From sequence record SRR31156797_362: DNA of 29,003 nt, one strand, 5' to 3'. The notes beneath the pieces are model-generated. The model made no database searches. It was not told the DNA's origin and worked only from the letters and a program-made list of their open reading frames with translations. This document shows positions 1-9,985 of the stretch, piece after piece; within the stretch, counting starts at the first letter, position 1; each line of letters starts with the position of its first letter. Position numbers and translations under genes: made by a program.

Positions 1-25
1 GGGCTTTGATCTTTTCAGGAAGCAT
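1..25 (-). CDS. Possible 5' end of a gene running off the left edge (MLPEKIKA...)
   Basis: Minus-strand ATG at 25 preceded by GAGA; only 8 codons are visible, so the product cannot be identified. Confidence 0.3.
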
Positions 26-162
26 GGTGTTTCTCGCATGTTAATTCTGTAGAGGTAAATATGCAGAAATTATTACCAATAACAAATAAGACCAGTCTTT
101 TTCTACACCCTCAAGTAAAATGGAAGTTACCACCACGTTACAGTGTCGTTATTTTTTGGATT

Positions 163-192
163 AAAAAAAAGGCAGCCTCCGAAGAGGCTGCC
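163..192 (-). terminator. Rho-independent terminator of the acc operon
   Basis: Minus strand reads GGCAGCCTC-TTCG-GAGGCTGCC followed by T8, about 30 nt after the accA/D stop. Confidence 0.9.
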
Positions 193-219
193 TAATGCAG
201 GTAATAGAAGGGTGAAAAG

Positions 220-2466
220 CTACCTATAATAGAGGTTGCGTCCACCAATTGTCAGGAAAGCCTGATGCAGATTTTTACGAATGTCCTTACGGCTCCACAC
301 GCCTTGAATGTGACCTCGGGAAAGGCCTTTGTAGCAATTGTGGTAGTCGGGCGGTATTTCAATGCCTGTGGTTTCCTTGATAACACCGGGGCCAGCAAAG
401 CCCAAGCGTGAGGAACGGACTGCGTATTGGTACGGAGAACATCCAAGGAAGGATGCAACTGGACCGGCATACGAGTTGGTATCGTACAGCACAATATACA
501 GTCCACCTTCTTCAATGTACTTACGGACCGCCATGGTGCAGCGTGGCATTTGAATAAGGCCGTTAACGCCTTCCTGAATGCGAATACCCGCTGTGCCGTG
601 TACATAGGCGAGAAACGGTTGATGTTTTGTCTGTGCCAGTTCCAGAGCGCGAATGAACTTCTCGCCCTCGGCTGCGCCCACTGAGCCGCCTCGGAAGTTT
701 GCGATCAATGTAGCACAGGTGACATTAATCCCTTCAAGACTAGCATTGAACGTCATGCAGCTTGATTGCAGGCCTGTTTTTTCCTTGGCAGCGTCAACGC
801 GTGCGTCGAAGTTCGGGAATTTCGTGGGATTGCCTGCCGCGATGTCGCGGTTGAATTCACGCAAAGAGCCTTTATCAAAGAGGTTATGCAGATACCACTG
901 GTATTCCATTGGGAAGTTGTAACCACAATGAGGGCAGACACCGGCGAAATCAGTAAACAAATCTTTAGCCCAAATATCGAGACAACCACGCTTCGAGGCG
1001 TGCGGGCAAGTAACTTCTCTGTCGATATTTGCTTGAGGGCTTATATAACCATTATCATTGGTTACCGTAGGCTCTGTTTCTTGTGTTGTAGACAGCCCCG
1101 TCAGCTCCATTTCCTTCTGTTTGTCACCTTCAGCCTTGATGCCCACTTTTTTGAGCACTGTCTTTACAACGGAATCGACCTTGCCGGTGACGACATGAAT
1201 TTCATCAGTAGCTTCTTCCACAATACGCCCAATACGCTGACGGAAGGGTTTAACTAATCCGTACACGAGCAGGCTTGAAGTGTTGGAAACGATGCCGGAA
1301 CTTGTTGCAGTCAGTTTATCCATCAAGGATCGATTGTCCTGATAAGCATGCTGAGCGAGTCTGCGGTATTTTTTGAAGCGTTTGGCAATCAGGCGTTCTC
1401 GTGCGGTTTCATTGAGGGACCAGCGAACGATAATATCCGTATGTCGCTTGAAATGACGCATGGCCATGGCGCGAAATAAACGAACGCCACGAACGCCAAG
1501 AGCCACTTCATCTGTGGCGCGAACGATTTGTTCTCGAACTTGTTTGTAGAAATCGAAATGATCGGCGCGAGCACCGAGCGGCGGTTCTTCTATGATCTCA
1601 TCAATGTAACCATTTTTCAGGTTGTCCTGAGCTGTGATGCGTTGTGCCAATGCACAGGATTCAATAAGCTCAACAGGTGCACGTTGAGAGCCTCGGATAC
1701 GGCCTTCAATGGCAGCAGCTCCTTCGGGAGAAATGACTGAATAATATCCATGGGAAAGCATCAGGCGTTTGTCAGCCATGCCGATGGCTTCTGCGCCACC
1801 GGAACCGCCTTCTGAAAAGATGGCGATAATGGGAACAGGAAGCCCTGCCATTTCATATATATTTTCAGCTATTTGCTGGGCTGCACCCGGAAAATCTTCA
1901 ACAGGGTAAGAGCCGGGCGTATTCACGTAGGCGTGGATGGGGATTTGTTCCCGAGCAGCAACCTTCATGTACTTCAAGGCCTTGCTGTTGCCCCATGGTT
2001 TGATGGAGCCACCATTACGAAATTCTTCGCCGTGGCCTTTTTCTTGCCCCACAACCATAACCGGCTGGTTAATGATCTTTTTGCCACGACGCCGAGTGAT
2101 GTACGCTCTGGCGATAAGCATGCCGGGGTCAATAGAATGTTCGTCTTGCCCACCGATTTCAGTGTAGTTATCGTAGACGTTTTCAAGGATATCCTTGAGG
2201 CATGCACGTTGAGGATGACGAACAATTCGCACCTTATCCATGGCTGTAAGCTGCGTGTCGATGGCGGATTCCATGGCAATCAATCGAGCGTCCAATGAGT
2301 CCAGTGCCCGATTTTTTAACTCTTCGGACAGGTCATTGTTTTTTTCGGAGAACGAACTGATTTCCGTGGTAAAAGCATCCAACTCAGGCCGGGGAGCGCC
2401 GCCAAGGATATCGCGGGCATAATTAACCCGTTCCTGAAGTCCCTGCAATTTCTTTTCTATATTCAT
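220..2466 (-). CDS. accA/accD: Acetyl-CoA carboxylase carboxyltransferase, fused alpha (N-terminal) and beta (C-terminal) subunits
   Basis: AccA motifs (VRIVRHPQR, GQEKG, NTPGSYP, EGGSGGA, YSVISPEG), then an AccD Zn-ribbon (CPHASKRGC...VCPHC) and F.GGS.G..EGEK, GIRIQEG, GFAGPGVI. Start moved to the ATG at 2466 (MNIEKK), 4 nt after the accC stop. Confidence 0.9.
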   Translation of the reverse strand: MNIEKKLQGLQERVNYARDILGGAPRPELDAFTTEISSFSEKNNDLSEELKNRALDSLDARLIAMESAIDTQLTAMDKVRIVRHPQRACLKDILENVYDNYTEIGGQDEHSIDPGMLIARAYITRRRGKKIINQPVMVVGQEKGHGEEFRNGGSIKPWGNSKALKYMKVAAREQIPIHAYVNTPGSYPVEDFPGAAQQIAENIYEMAGLPVPIIAIFSEGGSGGAEAIGMADKRLMLSHGYYSVISPEGAAAIEGRIRGSQRAPVELIESCALAQRITAQDNLKNGYIDEIIEEPPLGARADHFDFYKQVREQIVRATDEVALGVRGVRLFRAMAMRHFKRHTDIIVRWSLNETARERLIAKRFKKYRRLAQHAYQDNRSLMDKLTATSSGIVSNTSSLLVYGLVKPFRQRIGRIVEEATDEIHVVTGKVDSVVKTVLKKVGIKAEGDKQKEMELTGLSTTQETEPTVTNDNGYISPQANIDREVTCPHASKRGCLDIWAKDLFTDFAGVCPHCGYNFPMEYQWYLHNLFDKGSLREFNRDIAAGNPTKFPNFDARVDAAKEKTGLQSSCMTFNASLEGINVTCATLIANFRGGSVGAAEGEKFIRALELAQTKHQPFLAYVHGTAGIRIQEGVNGLIQMPRCTMAVRKYIEEGGLYIVLYDTNSYAGPVASFLGCSPYQYAVRSSRLGFAGPGVIKETTGIEIPPDYHNCYKGLSRGHIQGVWSRKDIRKNLHQAFLTIGGRNLYYR

Positions 2467-2470
2467 AGTA

Positions 2471-3889
2471 TTAGAATTCAAGCAAATTTTCTGTTTTCTC
2501 AATGAGGAAGGGAATGTTGGACTTCATGCCAGCACCGCTTGAGTCCCCGCCGTTGAGTTTCAGGTCGTTCAAGAATTCCAGACCGCGCTTCTTTGCCTCT
2601 TCCAAATCCTTGCCCCAAATAATGGCCAATGCCAGGTTGGGGTCGTATTCTGTGGGGATTTGGTATGTTCGATCTAAAGGAACATGCGTATGCATGCTCA
2701 ACCAGTCGCAGTCGGTCCATTTTAGTTCTTCAATCTTGCCAACCCATGGAGTGAAGCCTTGAGTCGTGTCTTCGGCGATGAGGCGGTATTCAATGCTGAC
2801 GCCGTCAAAGGAAACGTCATCCTGCGTATAACCGAGATCCTCACCAAGGCCGATGCGAATCTGTTCACGAATGAGATTGACGTCCTTGTTGCCCTGTGTT
2901 GAAGCGATGCAAGCCGAAACGCCGTTTTCCACCTGAATACGAGTATTCACTTCCATAAGAAAGGGCTCGCCATTGGGGGTTACAATCCATTCCCATGTAC
3001 CGACGTTGTCGTATTTGATTTCGCGAGCGATCGAGAGGGAATATTCAGTAATGTCATCCATCAGCTTCTGGGCATCAAAACTGTATTGCAGATCTTCAGG
3101 TCGGAATCCGGGGGCAACTTCAATGCGTTTTTGCAGGCCTGGACTTTGAACGGAGCAATTACGAGTCCCGAAGTGTACTGGGTTGATACCGGTTCGGTCT
3201 GAGGCTATCTGTACTTCAAGATGATTGAAGTTAAATACGCGCTGTTCAATAAGGACGCCTTCATCATTAAATGTACGAAGCGAGTAGTTGCGAATTCGAC
3301 GGTAGGTTTGTCTGAAACGAGCCATGTCTTCGACTTCATCGATGCCCATGCCTCCGCCGCCGGCGGATGCCTTTACCAAAACGACCGGACGAGAAATGCC
3401 CATTTTCGTCTGGAATTCAAAGAGGCTCTCGGCAATGGCTTCAGCTTCCATTTCATCATATATTGCACGGTCAGAACCGGGGACAGTCGGTACCCCAATT
3501 TTGCGTGCTAGTCGTTTGGTATTAATTTTGTCGCCAAGGTCGCGAATAACTTCCCATGAAGGGCCAATAAAGGTCATGGGACGATCTCGTTCTACTACCC
3601 GTCTGGCAAAACGGTAGTTTTCCGAAAAGAATCCGTATCCCGGATGGACAGCGGTTGCACCGGATTCGTCGGCTACGGAAAGGATATCACCGGCATCAAG
3701 ATAGTTATGAATGCGGTAGAGTGATTTTTCGCCGCCCAGTCTTTTGGCAACATCAATATGACCGGACTGTGAATCTTCTTCTGTATACAGAGCGACAAAC
3801 TGAACGCCTAAATCGGAACATGCTTCCATGATCCGAACAGCTATTTCGCCCCGGTTGGCAATGAGTACTTTATTTCCCTGAATGCTCAC
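2471..3889 (-). CDS. accC: Biotin carboxylase
   Basis: KVLIANRGEIAVRI, HPGYGFFSEN, KASAGGGGMG, RNCSVQ...QKRIE, FLMEVNTRIQVE; GTG start. Confidence 0.92.
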   Translation of the reverse strand: MSIQGNKVLIANRGEIAVRIMEACSDLGVQFVALYTEEDSQSGHIDVAKRLGGEKSLYRIHNYLDAGDILSVADESGATAVHPGYGFFSENYRFARRVVERDRPMTFIGPSWEVIRDLGDKINTKRLARKIGVPTVPGSDRAIYDEMEAEAIAESLFEFQTKMGISRPVVLVKASAGGGGMGIDEVEDMARFRQTYRRIRNYSLRTFNDEGVLIEQRVFNFNHLEVQIASDRTGINPVHFGTRNCSVQSPGLQKRIEVAPGFRPEDLQYSFDAQKLMDDITEYSLSIAREIKYDNVGTWEWIVTPNGEPFLMEVNTRIQVENGVSACIASTQGNKDVNLIREQIRIGLGEDLGYTQDDVSFDGVSIEYRLIAEDTTQGFTPWVGKIEELKWTDCDWLSMHTHVPLDRTYQIPTEYDPNLALAIIWGKDLEEAKKRGLEFLNDLKLNGGDSSGAGMKSNIPFLIEKTENLLEF

Positions 3890-4135
3890 GATTTGCTTAT
3901 CTCTTGTTTAGAGTAAATGGGAGGTGCTTTAGTTAACGGTTCTTCTCGGTTCTTGCAAATTTTTCACTTTCATTTTTAATCAAATATTTCAATATATTAA
4001 TCTAAAACGGTTGTTTTAATTGTCGAAGTGGATTTTTTACTAAAAAATGTGTAGATAGTCTGTCCAACCCAAAAAAGAGGCGTTTTATTGTCATAATTGT
4101 TAATGTTATGAGTTTTGGGCGCAGAGGAGTTTAGT

Positions 4136-5398
4136 ATGGATTACGTTATTGTAGGAAATGGTGTTTCAGCCATCGGTGCCATTGAAGGTATTCGTCAACA
4201 TGATACGAAAGGGACCATCACGGTTATCAGTGATGAGGTTGTGCCGACATATGGACGTCCGCTGATCTCCTATTACCTTTCAGATAAGATAAAATTCGAA
4301 ACATTACCATTTCGTCCAGAAGAATTTTATAAAAATAACGGGATTGAAATGCGGCTCGGATCACGGGTGTTGTCCATTGATACCAAAGATAAAATTGTGA
4401 CCTTGGACAGTGGGGATACTGTACCGTATGGCAAATTACTGCTTGCTACAGGGGGGACACCCGTCAAGCCGAACCTATCTGGAATTGATGGACCGGGGGT
4501 CCACAATTTTACAACTGTCGCTCATGCGGAGACACTCAAGGAATTGGTGGACAAAGTTAAGAGGGTTGTTGTCATTGGTGCTGGACTGATCGCTTTGAAA
4601 GCTGCCGAAGGCTTTGCCGAAAAGGGTGTAGAAGTCACCATTGTTGTTCGTTCCCGTATAATGCGCACCTATTTTGATGAAACGGCAGGAGAGTTAATTG
4701 TCGATCATCTTGAAAAGAATGGTATTAAATTTATGCAAGGGACCGGCACCAAGGAAATTGTTCGGTACAATGACGGAACTATTAAAGGTGTAGAAACCGA
4801 CAAGGGGCTTGTGGATGCAGATGTGGTCATTGTGGCTGCCGGTGTACGTCCGAATATGGGACTGGCTGCACAGGCTGGATTAATTACAAATCAGGGTATT
4901 CGGGTTAATGATTTCCTTGCAACAAGCGATCCTGATATTTTTGCTGCGGGCGATGTTGCTGAAGCCAAGGATCTACTGACCGGTGAATATACCGTGCGTC
5001 CCATCTGGCCTAATGCGTATACTCAGGGACGATATGCGGGGTTGAATATGGCTGGGGCGGATGCCCCTTACACAGGTGGCATGTCAATGAACTCTATTAC
5101 GTATTACGGTTTGCCGACGATTTCTGTTGGTGAAACAAATCTGGCAGATGAGGATGAGTATGAGACAACCATTCATTTGGATCGAGAAAACTCAATTTAT
5201 CGAAAGCTCATATTTAAAGAAAATGTTTTGGCTGGTTGTATTTTGATCGGTGACATTGATGCTGCCGGTTTTTATACTAGCTTTATCAAAAATGGTTTTG
5301 AACTGGATAATGCCGCCAAGGAACGTCTTATGGAAGGCGACCCGTCTCCTGCCCTGTGGCCTGACAGTTTTATTGAAGGTATGATGAATAACCCCTAA
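4136..5398 (+). CDS. NAD(P)H/FAD-dependent oxidoreductase (NirB N-terminal / NADH:rubredoxin reductase-like)
   Basis: VIVGNGVSA, YGRPLIS, LLLATGG, VIGAGLI, IFAAGDVA. Start set to the ATG at 4136 behind SD GAGGAG. Confidence 0.85.
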   Translation: MDYVIVGNGVSAIGAIEGIRQHDTKGTITVISDEVVPTYGRPLISYYLSDKIKFETLPFRPEEFYKNNGIEMRLGSRVLSIDTKDKIVTLDSGDTVPYGKLLLATGGTPVKPNLSGIDGPGVHNFTTVAHAETLKELVDKVKRVVVIGAGLIALKAAEGFAEKGVEVTIVVRSRIMRTYFDETAGELIVDHLEKNGIKFMQGTGTKEIVRYNDGTIKGVETDKGLVDADVVIVAAGVRPNMGLAAQAGLITNQGIRVNDFLATSDPDIFAAGDVAEAKDLLTGEYTVRPIWPNAYTQGRYAGLNMAGADAPYTGGMSMNSITYYGLPTISVGETNLADEDEYETTIHLDRENSIYRKLIFKENVLAGCILIGDIDAAGFYTSFIKNGFELDNAAKERLMEGDPSPALWPDSFIEGMMNNP

Positions 5399-5420
5399 GT
5401 TTTAAATCATATAAAAATGC

Positions 5421-5450
5421 AAAAGGGCCGTTTTTTTAACGGCCCTTTTT
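5421..5450. terminator. Bidirectional intrinsic terminator
   Basis: AAAAGGGCCGTT-tttt(t)-AACGGCCCTTTTT between convergent genes. Confidence 0.85.
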
Positions 5451-7675
5451 TATTTTGTTTTGTGATTGAATACACCATCCCAATCGGATTCAGGAGGGAC
5501 CTCTATGAGGTGTGCACATCGTTTGATGTACAGATCGTACAATAATTGATCTTTCCCTGTTCCTTTGAGTTTTATAAACAGTTTTTTGGCTTCCTCGAAC
5601 TTTTTGTTTGTATATGCATCATAAGCTGTTTGATATAGAGCGAGTTCGTCCTTACGTTCTAAGGCTTCTTTTTGTTTGTAAACCGTATAGATAGTGACTG
5701 ATTCTTTTTTGCCTTTTACTCGAACATTATCGAGTATTCGACAGTAATATCCTTCTTTACAGGCATTGATTACGTCTTGACTGACCACCAGCTTTTGACC
5801 GTAATATTTGGTCAATCCTTCAAGACGTGAAGCTAGATTTACATTGTCACCAATGAGTGTGTAATCGAATAAATCTGCGGACCCCATATTCCCGACTCGC
5901 ACAGGACCCGAGTGAATACCAATGCCTACGGCGATGGTAAATCCATATTTTTTCATGAATTCATCGTTCAATTGTTCCAGACGGTCCAGTTGATTAATTG
6001 CGGCTATTAATGCTTTATCTTGATGATTTTCCACATCAAGTGGTGCGTTCCAGAAAGCCATGACCGCATCACCGATGAACTTGTCCAGTGTCCCCTCATT
6101 TTCTGTAATGATTCTAGTCATTGGCGTCAGGTAATCATGCAAAAGGTCTGTCACTTGTGTCGGAGAAAGTTTTTCCGATAGTGAGGTGAAACCACGAACA
6201 TCTGAGAATTGAATAGTTATGTCTTTTTCCTGACCTTCCAGAGATAGGGCATCTGGATTGTCCATTATTTGAGAAATAACTGATGGAGACAGATAATGGG
6301 CAAACGCTCCATGAATGAATTTTTTGGCATGTTCTTCTCGCCAGAATTTTAGAATGGTCAAAGAAGCGAATGTTACAGCCAAAGTAAGATAGGAATACAT
6401 GGGGGATATGAAATAGTTTTGTTCTTGATAAAGGAGAATTGATCCATACCACATCGCATAACTTAGGCCTATCAAAGGGAGTACTATCCAGGAAGCTCGG
6501 GCCCACATGAGGAGAAAGGTCGTGACAAGCCCCGCTAGTACCATGCCGGAAAACTCAATTCCTTTCGTCCAGTCCGGGATGGAAATAAATTGCTTTGATA
6601 AAATATTATCGATGATTGTTGCATGGGTTTCTACCCCCGGAGCGCCCGGATCGAGTGGTGTAGGGCGCAAATCCTTCAGTCCTGAAGCAGACGTCCCGAT
6701 CAGAGCAATCCGCCCTTGAAGTGCTCCGTTAGGGAGTTTCCTATCAAGAACGTCAGCGGCGCTTATATACTCAAATGTTTTCATTGTACCGCGATAGTTG
6801 ATCAACATTCGTCCATGATGGTCTGTTGGGATAACCATTCCTTTGAGTTTGATCGATTCTACGCCTAACGAGGACATTTTTAGAATCATGCTATCTATGC
6901 CGGTTGCCTGCATGAGCGAGGCCAGAGCAAGACTGGGATAGATCTTTCCTTTGCAACTGAAGAGGAGAGGCACGCGCCTGTAGACTGAATCTGCATCAGG
7001 GGAAATTGTAATGAACCCACTTCGTGCAGCGGCCTCTGCTAATATCGGAATGGGACAGATCATATCCTTTGCCTGAGGAATGGCATCAAGCGGAGCCATA
7101 GACCCCGGAGGGGCGAGGACTGCAACCTTGGCGGGTTTGACAGTACATTGGGGTCGCTCTTGAGAAACATTTCGCTGGTTTTTAGCGCTTGCGATAAAAT
7201 CAATGCCAAGAACGAAAGGTCCTGTTTTGAGATTGGCCGCCAATAATGCATCGTAGTCATCAAAATCAACGGGTAATCCCTTGAAACCAATATTGAGGTC
7301 CAAATCCCTTTTTACATCTTTTCTGATGTTTATGGGCGATGTACGGTCTGGTTCAACAAAAATAATATCTGAAGCAATGGCTGCTGCACCGTATGCCTGC
7401 AGATATTTCATGAGCATGGCTACACGATATCTTGGCCAGGGCCATTGGCCTTTTTCAGCCAAGCTTTTTTCATCAAGGTCGATGATAACAGGGATATTGG
7501 TTGAAACTGGTCCATGATATTCTTTTATATAATGATCATAGATCTTTAATTCCAGTAGGTAGAGGAATTGAGGCTGACTGAGAAAGAGGAGGACCATGAC
7601 AATAGTAATACTCACTCCGGCGACAAGAAGGATGAGCTGATCTTTTTTAAATGCATTTTTAAGAAATGACGGCAT
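5450..7675 (-). CDS. Membrane class III adenylate cyclase with CHASE2 sensor domain
   Basis: N-terminal TM; CHASE2 motifs (IIDLDEKSL, GQWPWPR, DSVYRRVPL, LIGTSASGLKDLRPTP); three TMs; cyclase motifs FSDVRGFT, DKFIGDAVMAFW, DYTLIGDNVNLASRLE. Confidence 0.9.
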   Translation of the reverse strand: MPSFLKNAFKKDQLILLVAGVSITIVMVLLFLSQPQFLYLLELKIYDHYIKEYHGPVSTNIPVIIDLDEKSLAEKGQWPWPRYRVAMLMKYLQAYGAAAIASDIIFVEPDRTSPINIRKDVKRDLDLNIGFKGLPVDFDDYDALLAANLKTGPFVLGIDFIASAKNQRNVSQERPQCTVKPAKVAVLAPPGSMAPLDAIPQAKDMICPIPILAEAAARSGFITISPDADSVYRRVPLLFSCKGKIYPSLALASLMQATGIDSMILKMSSLGVESIKLKGMVIPTDHHGRMLINYRGTMKTFEYISAADVLDRKLPNGALQGRIALIGTSASGLKDLRPTPLDPGAPGVETHATIIDNILSKQFISIPDWTKGIEFSGMVLAGLVTTFLLMWARASWIVLPLIGLSYAMWYGSILLYQEQNYFISPMYSYLTLAVTFASLTILKFWREEHAKKFIHGAFAHYLSPSVISQIMDNPDALSLEGQEKDITIQFSDVRGFTSLSEKLSPTQVTDLLHDYLTPMTRIITENEGTLDKFIGDAVMAFWNAPLDVENHQDKALIAAINQLDRLEQLNDEFMKKYGFTIAVGIGIHSGPVRVGNMGSADLFDYTLIGDNVNLASRLEGLTKYYGQKLVVSQDVINACKEGYYCRILDNVRVKGKKESVTIYTVYKQKEALERKDELALYQTAYDAYTNKKFEEAKKLFIKLKGTGKDQLLYDLYIKRCAHLIEVPPESDWDGVFNHKTK

Positions 7676-7975
7676 GGAATCCTCAAAAAAGAGATTATTA
7701 ATGACAATTGATTTCGGTAATGAACTATTATCTCATGACAAATTATCATTAAATCTTTTTTTTTCCGAGGCTTTTTACTGATGAAGAACGCAAAAGAGCT
7801 TAATTGTTTAAAATATTTTAACTAATTAATATTATGGGGCCTTGAGTGAGGCGCACGGTTTTTCAATAGTTCTCATAATGGTTGATTGAGTGTGCTCAAT
7901 ATTTTTTCATGAAAAGTGTTGCCACCAAATTGACAGACAGGCTATATTACACCAACTGAAAATCATATAGGTTGA

Positions 7976-8185
<210 letters not shown>

Positions 8186-8200
8186 AGAATATCATTTGTG

Positions 8201-8236
8201 AAAAAAAAGACCGCACATTGTGCGGTCTTTTTTTTT
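8201..8236. terminator. Bidirectional intrinsic terminator
   Basis: A8-GACCGCAC-att-GTGCGGTC-T-run between the ferredoxin and the convergent DUF1499 gene. Confidence 0.9.
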
Positions 8237-8255
8237 ATCGTGATAGAATTGTAAT

Positions 8256-8705
8256 CTATTGTGATTTCTCAAAAATTTGTCGTAATTCTTCAATACGATC
8301 TCTATTTCCGCCAAAATCCAAAAAGTCTCCACGTGAGATTGCGTGAACGTGAATTATTCCCGCCTGCTGATCATAGAAGAATTCAGCATCGTCCATGGTA
8401 CGCATGACTGAGCTTTTGAATTCAGCACGAAGATAATTGTTCTCAACGAGCAAGACTTTACCCCCGAATATGGACTCAATTGCGTTGCCCAAATCAACCA
8501 TGACAATTTCAGAATCTCCATGGGCTATAATTGGAGCAATTTTATTTTTGGGATTAGTGGCTTGTGATGAAACGCAGTCATTTGTTTCGCCGCATACGGC
8601 AAATGTGCCATTGTGCATTCCCATTTCAGGGGCTTTACTGGCGCAAGCACACAATGAAATTACAGCCAAAATACAGAGAATAGAGCGAATTTGTATCTGT
8701 TTCAT
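8256..8705 (-). CDS. DUF1499-family lipoprotein
   Basis: Lipobox LCAC; C...DCVSSQ; YLRAEFKS..MRTMDDAEF; SRG...DFGGNRDRIEELR. Confidence 0.75.
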   Translation of the reverse strand: MKQIQIRSILCILAVISLCACASKAPEMGMHNGTFAVCGETNDCVSSQATNPKNKIAPIIAHGDSEIVMVDLGNAIESIFGGKVLLVENNYLRAEFKSSVMRTMDDAEFFYDQQAGIIHVHAISRGDFLDFGGNRDRIEELRQIFEKSQ

Positions 8706-8768
8706 GGAGGCAATCTATTGCAAAAGGGGGCTGAAATGCAACCAATTTCAGCAATAAAAGATATATGA

Positions 8769-9089
8769 TCAGACTATTTTCTCATACCACAAAAAATCGT
8801 CGAGATTTATTCTGTCCGACGCGTCGAATAAGATACCTTCATTTACAAGTAATTCTTTTTGGTCCTCATACCCCTGCTGACGAGCGAGGGATATACGACC
8901 TTCCCTGTTGATTACCCTGTGCCAGGGAAGTCTTTCCTTTCGAGAACTGGAGTGGAGAATACGAGCAACCTGTCGAGCCGCTCGACGATTACCAGCCATG
9001 GTGGCAATCCCTCCATACGTAGCAACCTTTCCATGAGGTATCGAACGGATGATTTTAATGACTTTCAACGTAAATGGCGATGACGACAT
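8769..9089 (-). CDS. atl: Alkyltransferase-like protein (ATL/YbaZ, MGMT family)
   Basis: IPHGKVATYGGIA, AARQVA and PWHRV (Trp in place of the catalytic Cys of PCHRV). Confidence 0.88.
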   Translation of the reverse strand: MSSSPFTLKVIKIIRSIPHGKVATYGGIATMAGNRRAARQVARILHSSSRKERLPWHRVINREGRISLARQQGYEDQKELLVNEGILFDASDRINLDDFLWYEKIV

Positions 9090-9192
9090 GTTCCATTCAT
9101 AGAATGGTTGAGGAGAAGAAACAAGAAAAGTTCATGTTATTAATAAGGGAGATGTGTTGACTTATAGGGATGATTATCAGATGTATTTAAGT

Positions 9193-9957
9193 ATGAAAAT
9201 TTCGTATCGTATTCTTATATTTTTGGTAATGGTCATATTTTCTTTTCCTGCTGTAAATGGCTTCGCTTTACAGATTGAGCCACCCTTAATCAAGGAGCGA
9301 TGTGTTGTCTGTCATACGGCTGACCGCATTTGTGCCAATTGGGGTAAGGGAGAGGATTTTTGGGGGCCGACTGTCAAGCGCATGGTTTCCAATGGAGCAA
9401 AAGTCTCGGACGATGAGATTGCGGCATTCTCTCTGTTGTTGAGTGGGCAGACTCAGCCTGTAGCACAAATTCTGAACTGTGAGTCTTCTCATAAAGCTGA
9501 TGTGAATATTTCCACATCGCAAAAAATGCCCACTTTTATGGCTCTTGGACATCCCGTTTTCATGACCCTCGCGTTTGTTTTATCTCTTTGGGTAGCATGG
9601 CAGGGTATCAATCGAATTAGAATTTCCCTTTTTAAACATAAAGTTCGGTTTAATTGGAAAGGGCATGTCCGCTATGGAATTGTTGTCATGAGTACATGGT
9701 TTTTCGGCATGATTGCTGGAGGAATTATGGCAAAACTGATCTATGGCGAGGCCGGCATGACTGGTGACCACCGAACAATTGCAATGATCATGTTACCAAT
9801 GATTATTTTTGGTGAAGGTTCCGGTTTATATATGAAATTCAAAAAAGCTTCGAGAAAAATACTGCCCATATTCCATGGCGTCAATAATCTCATACTGGTC
9901 CTATTGGCTTTCATGCAGCTTTTTACCGGCTTTTATCTTGTGAGAGGTTTGTTTTAG
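9193..9957 (+). CDS. Membrane protein: signal/TM, monoheme cytochrome c (CVVCH), and a 4-TM His-rich DUF4079/cytochrome b561-like domain
   Basis: CxxCH followed by W..TV.RM...GA (Met distal ligand candidate); four hydrophobic helices with His in GHP, KGHVR, GDHR and FHG. Start uncertain (9181 or 9193). Confidence 0.7.
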   Translation: MKISYRILIFLVMVIFSFPAVNGFALQIEPPLIKERCVVCHTADRICANWGKGEDFWGPTVKRMVSNGAKVSDDEIAAFSLLLSGQTQPVAQILNCESSHKADVNISTSQKMPTFMALGHPVFMTLAFVLSLWVAWQGINRIRISLFKHKVRFNWKGHVRYGIVVMSTWFFGMIAGGIMAKLIYGEAGMTGDHRTIAMIMLPMIIFGEGSGLYMKFKKASRKILPIFHGVNNLILVLLAFMQLFTGFYLVRGLF

Positions 9958-9985
9958 GCCATAATGATAATACAAGGAGTCACCC

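Noticed and set aside
7700-7750. Fur-like box upstream of the cyclase/ferredoxin
   Set aside because: Only a partial match with wrong spacing in AT-rich DNA.
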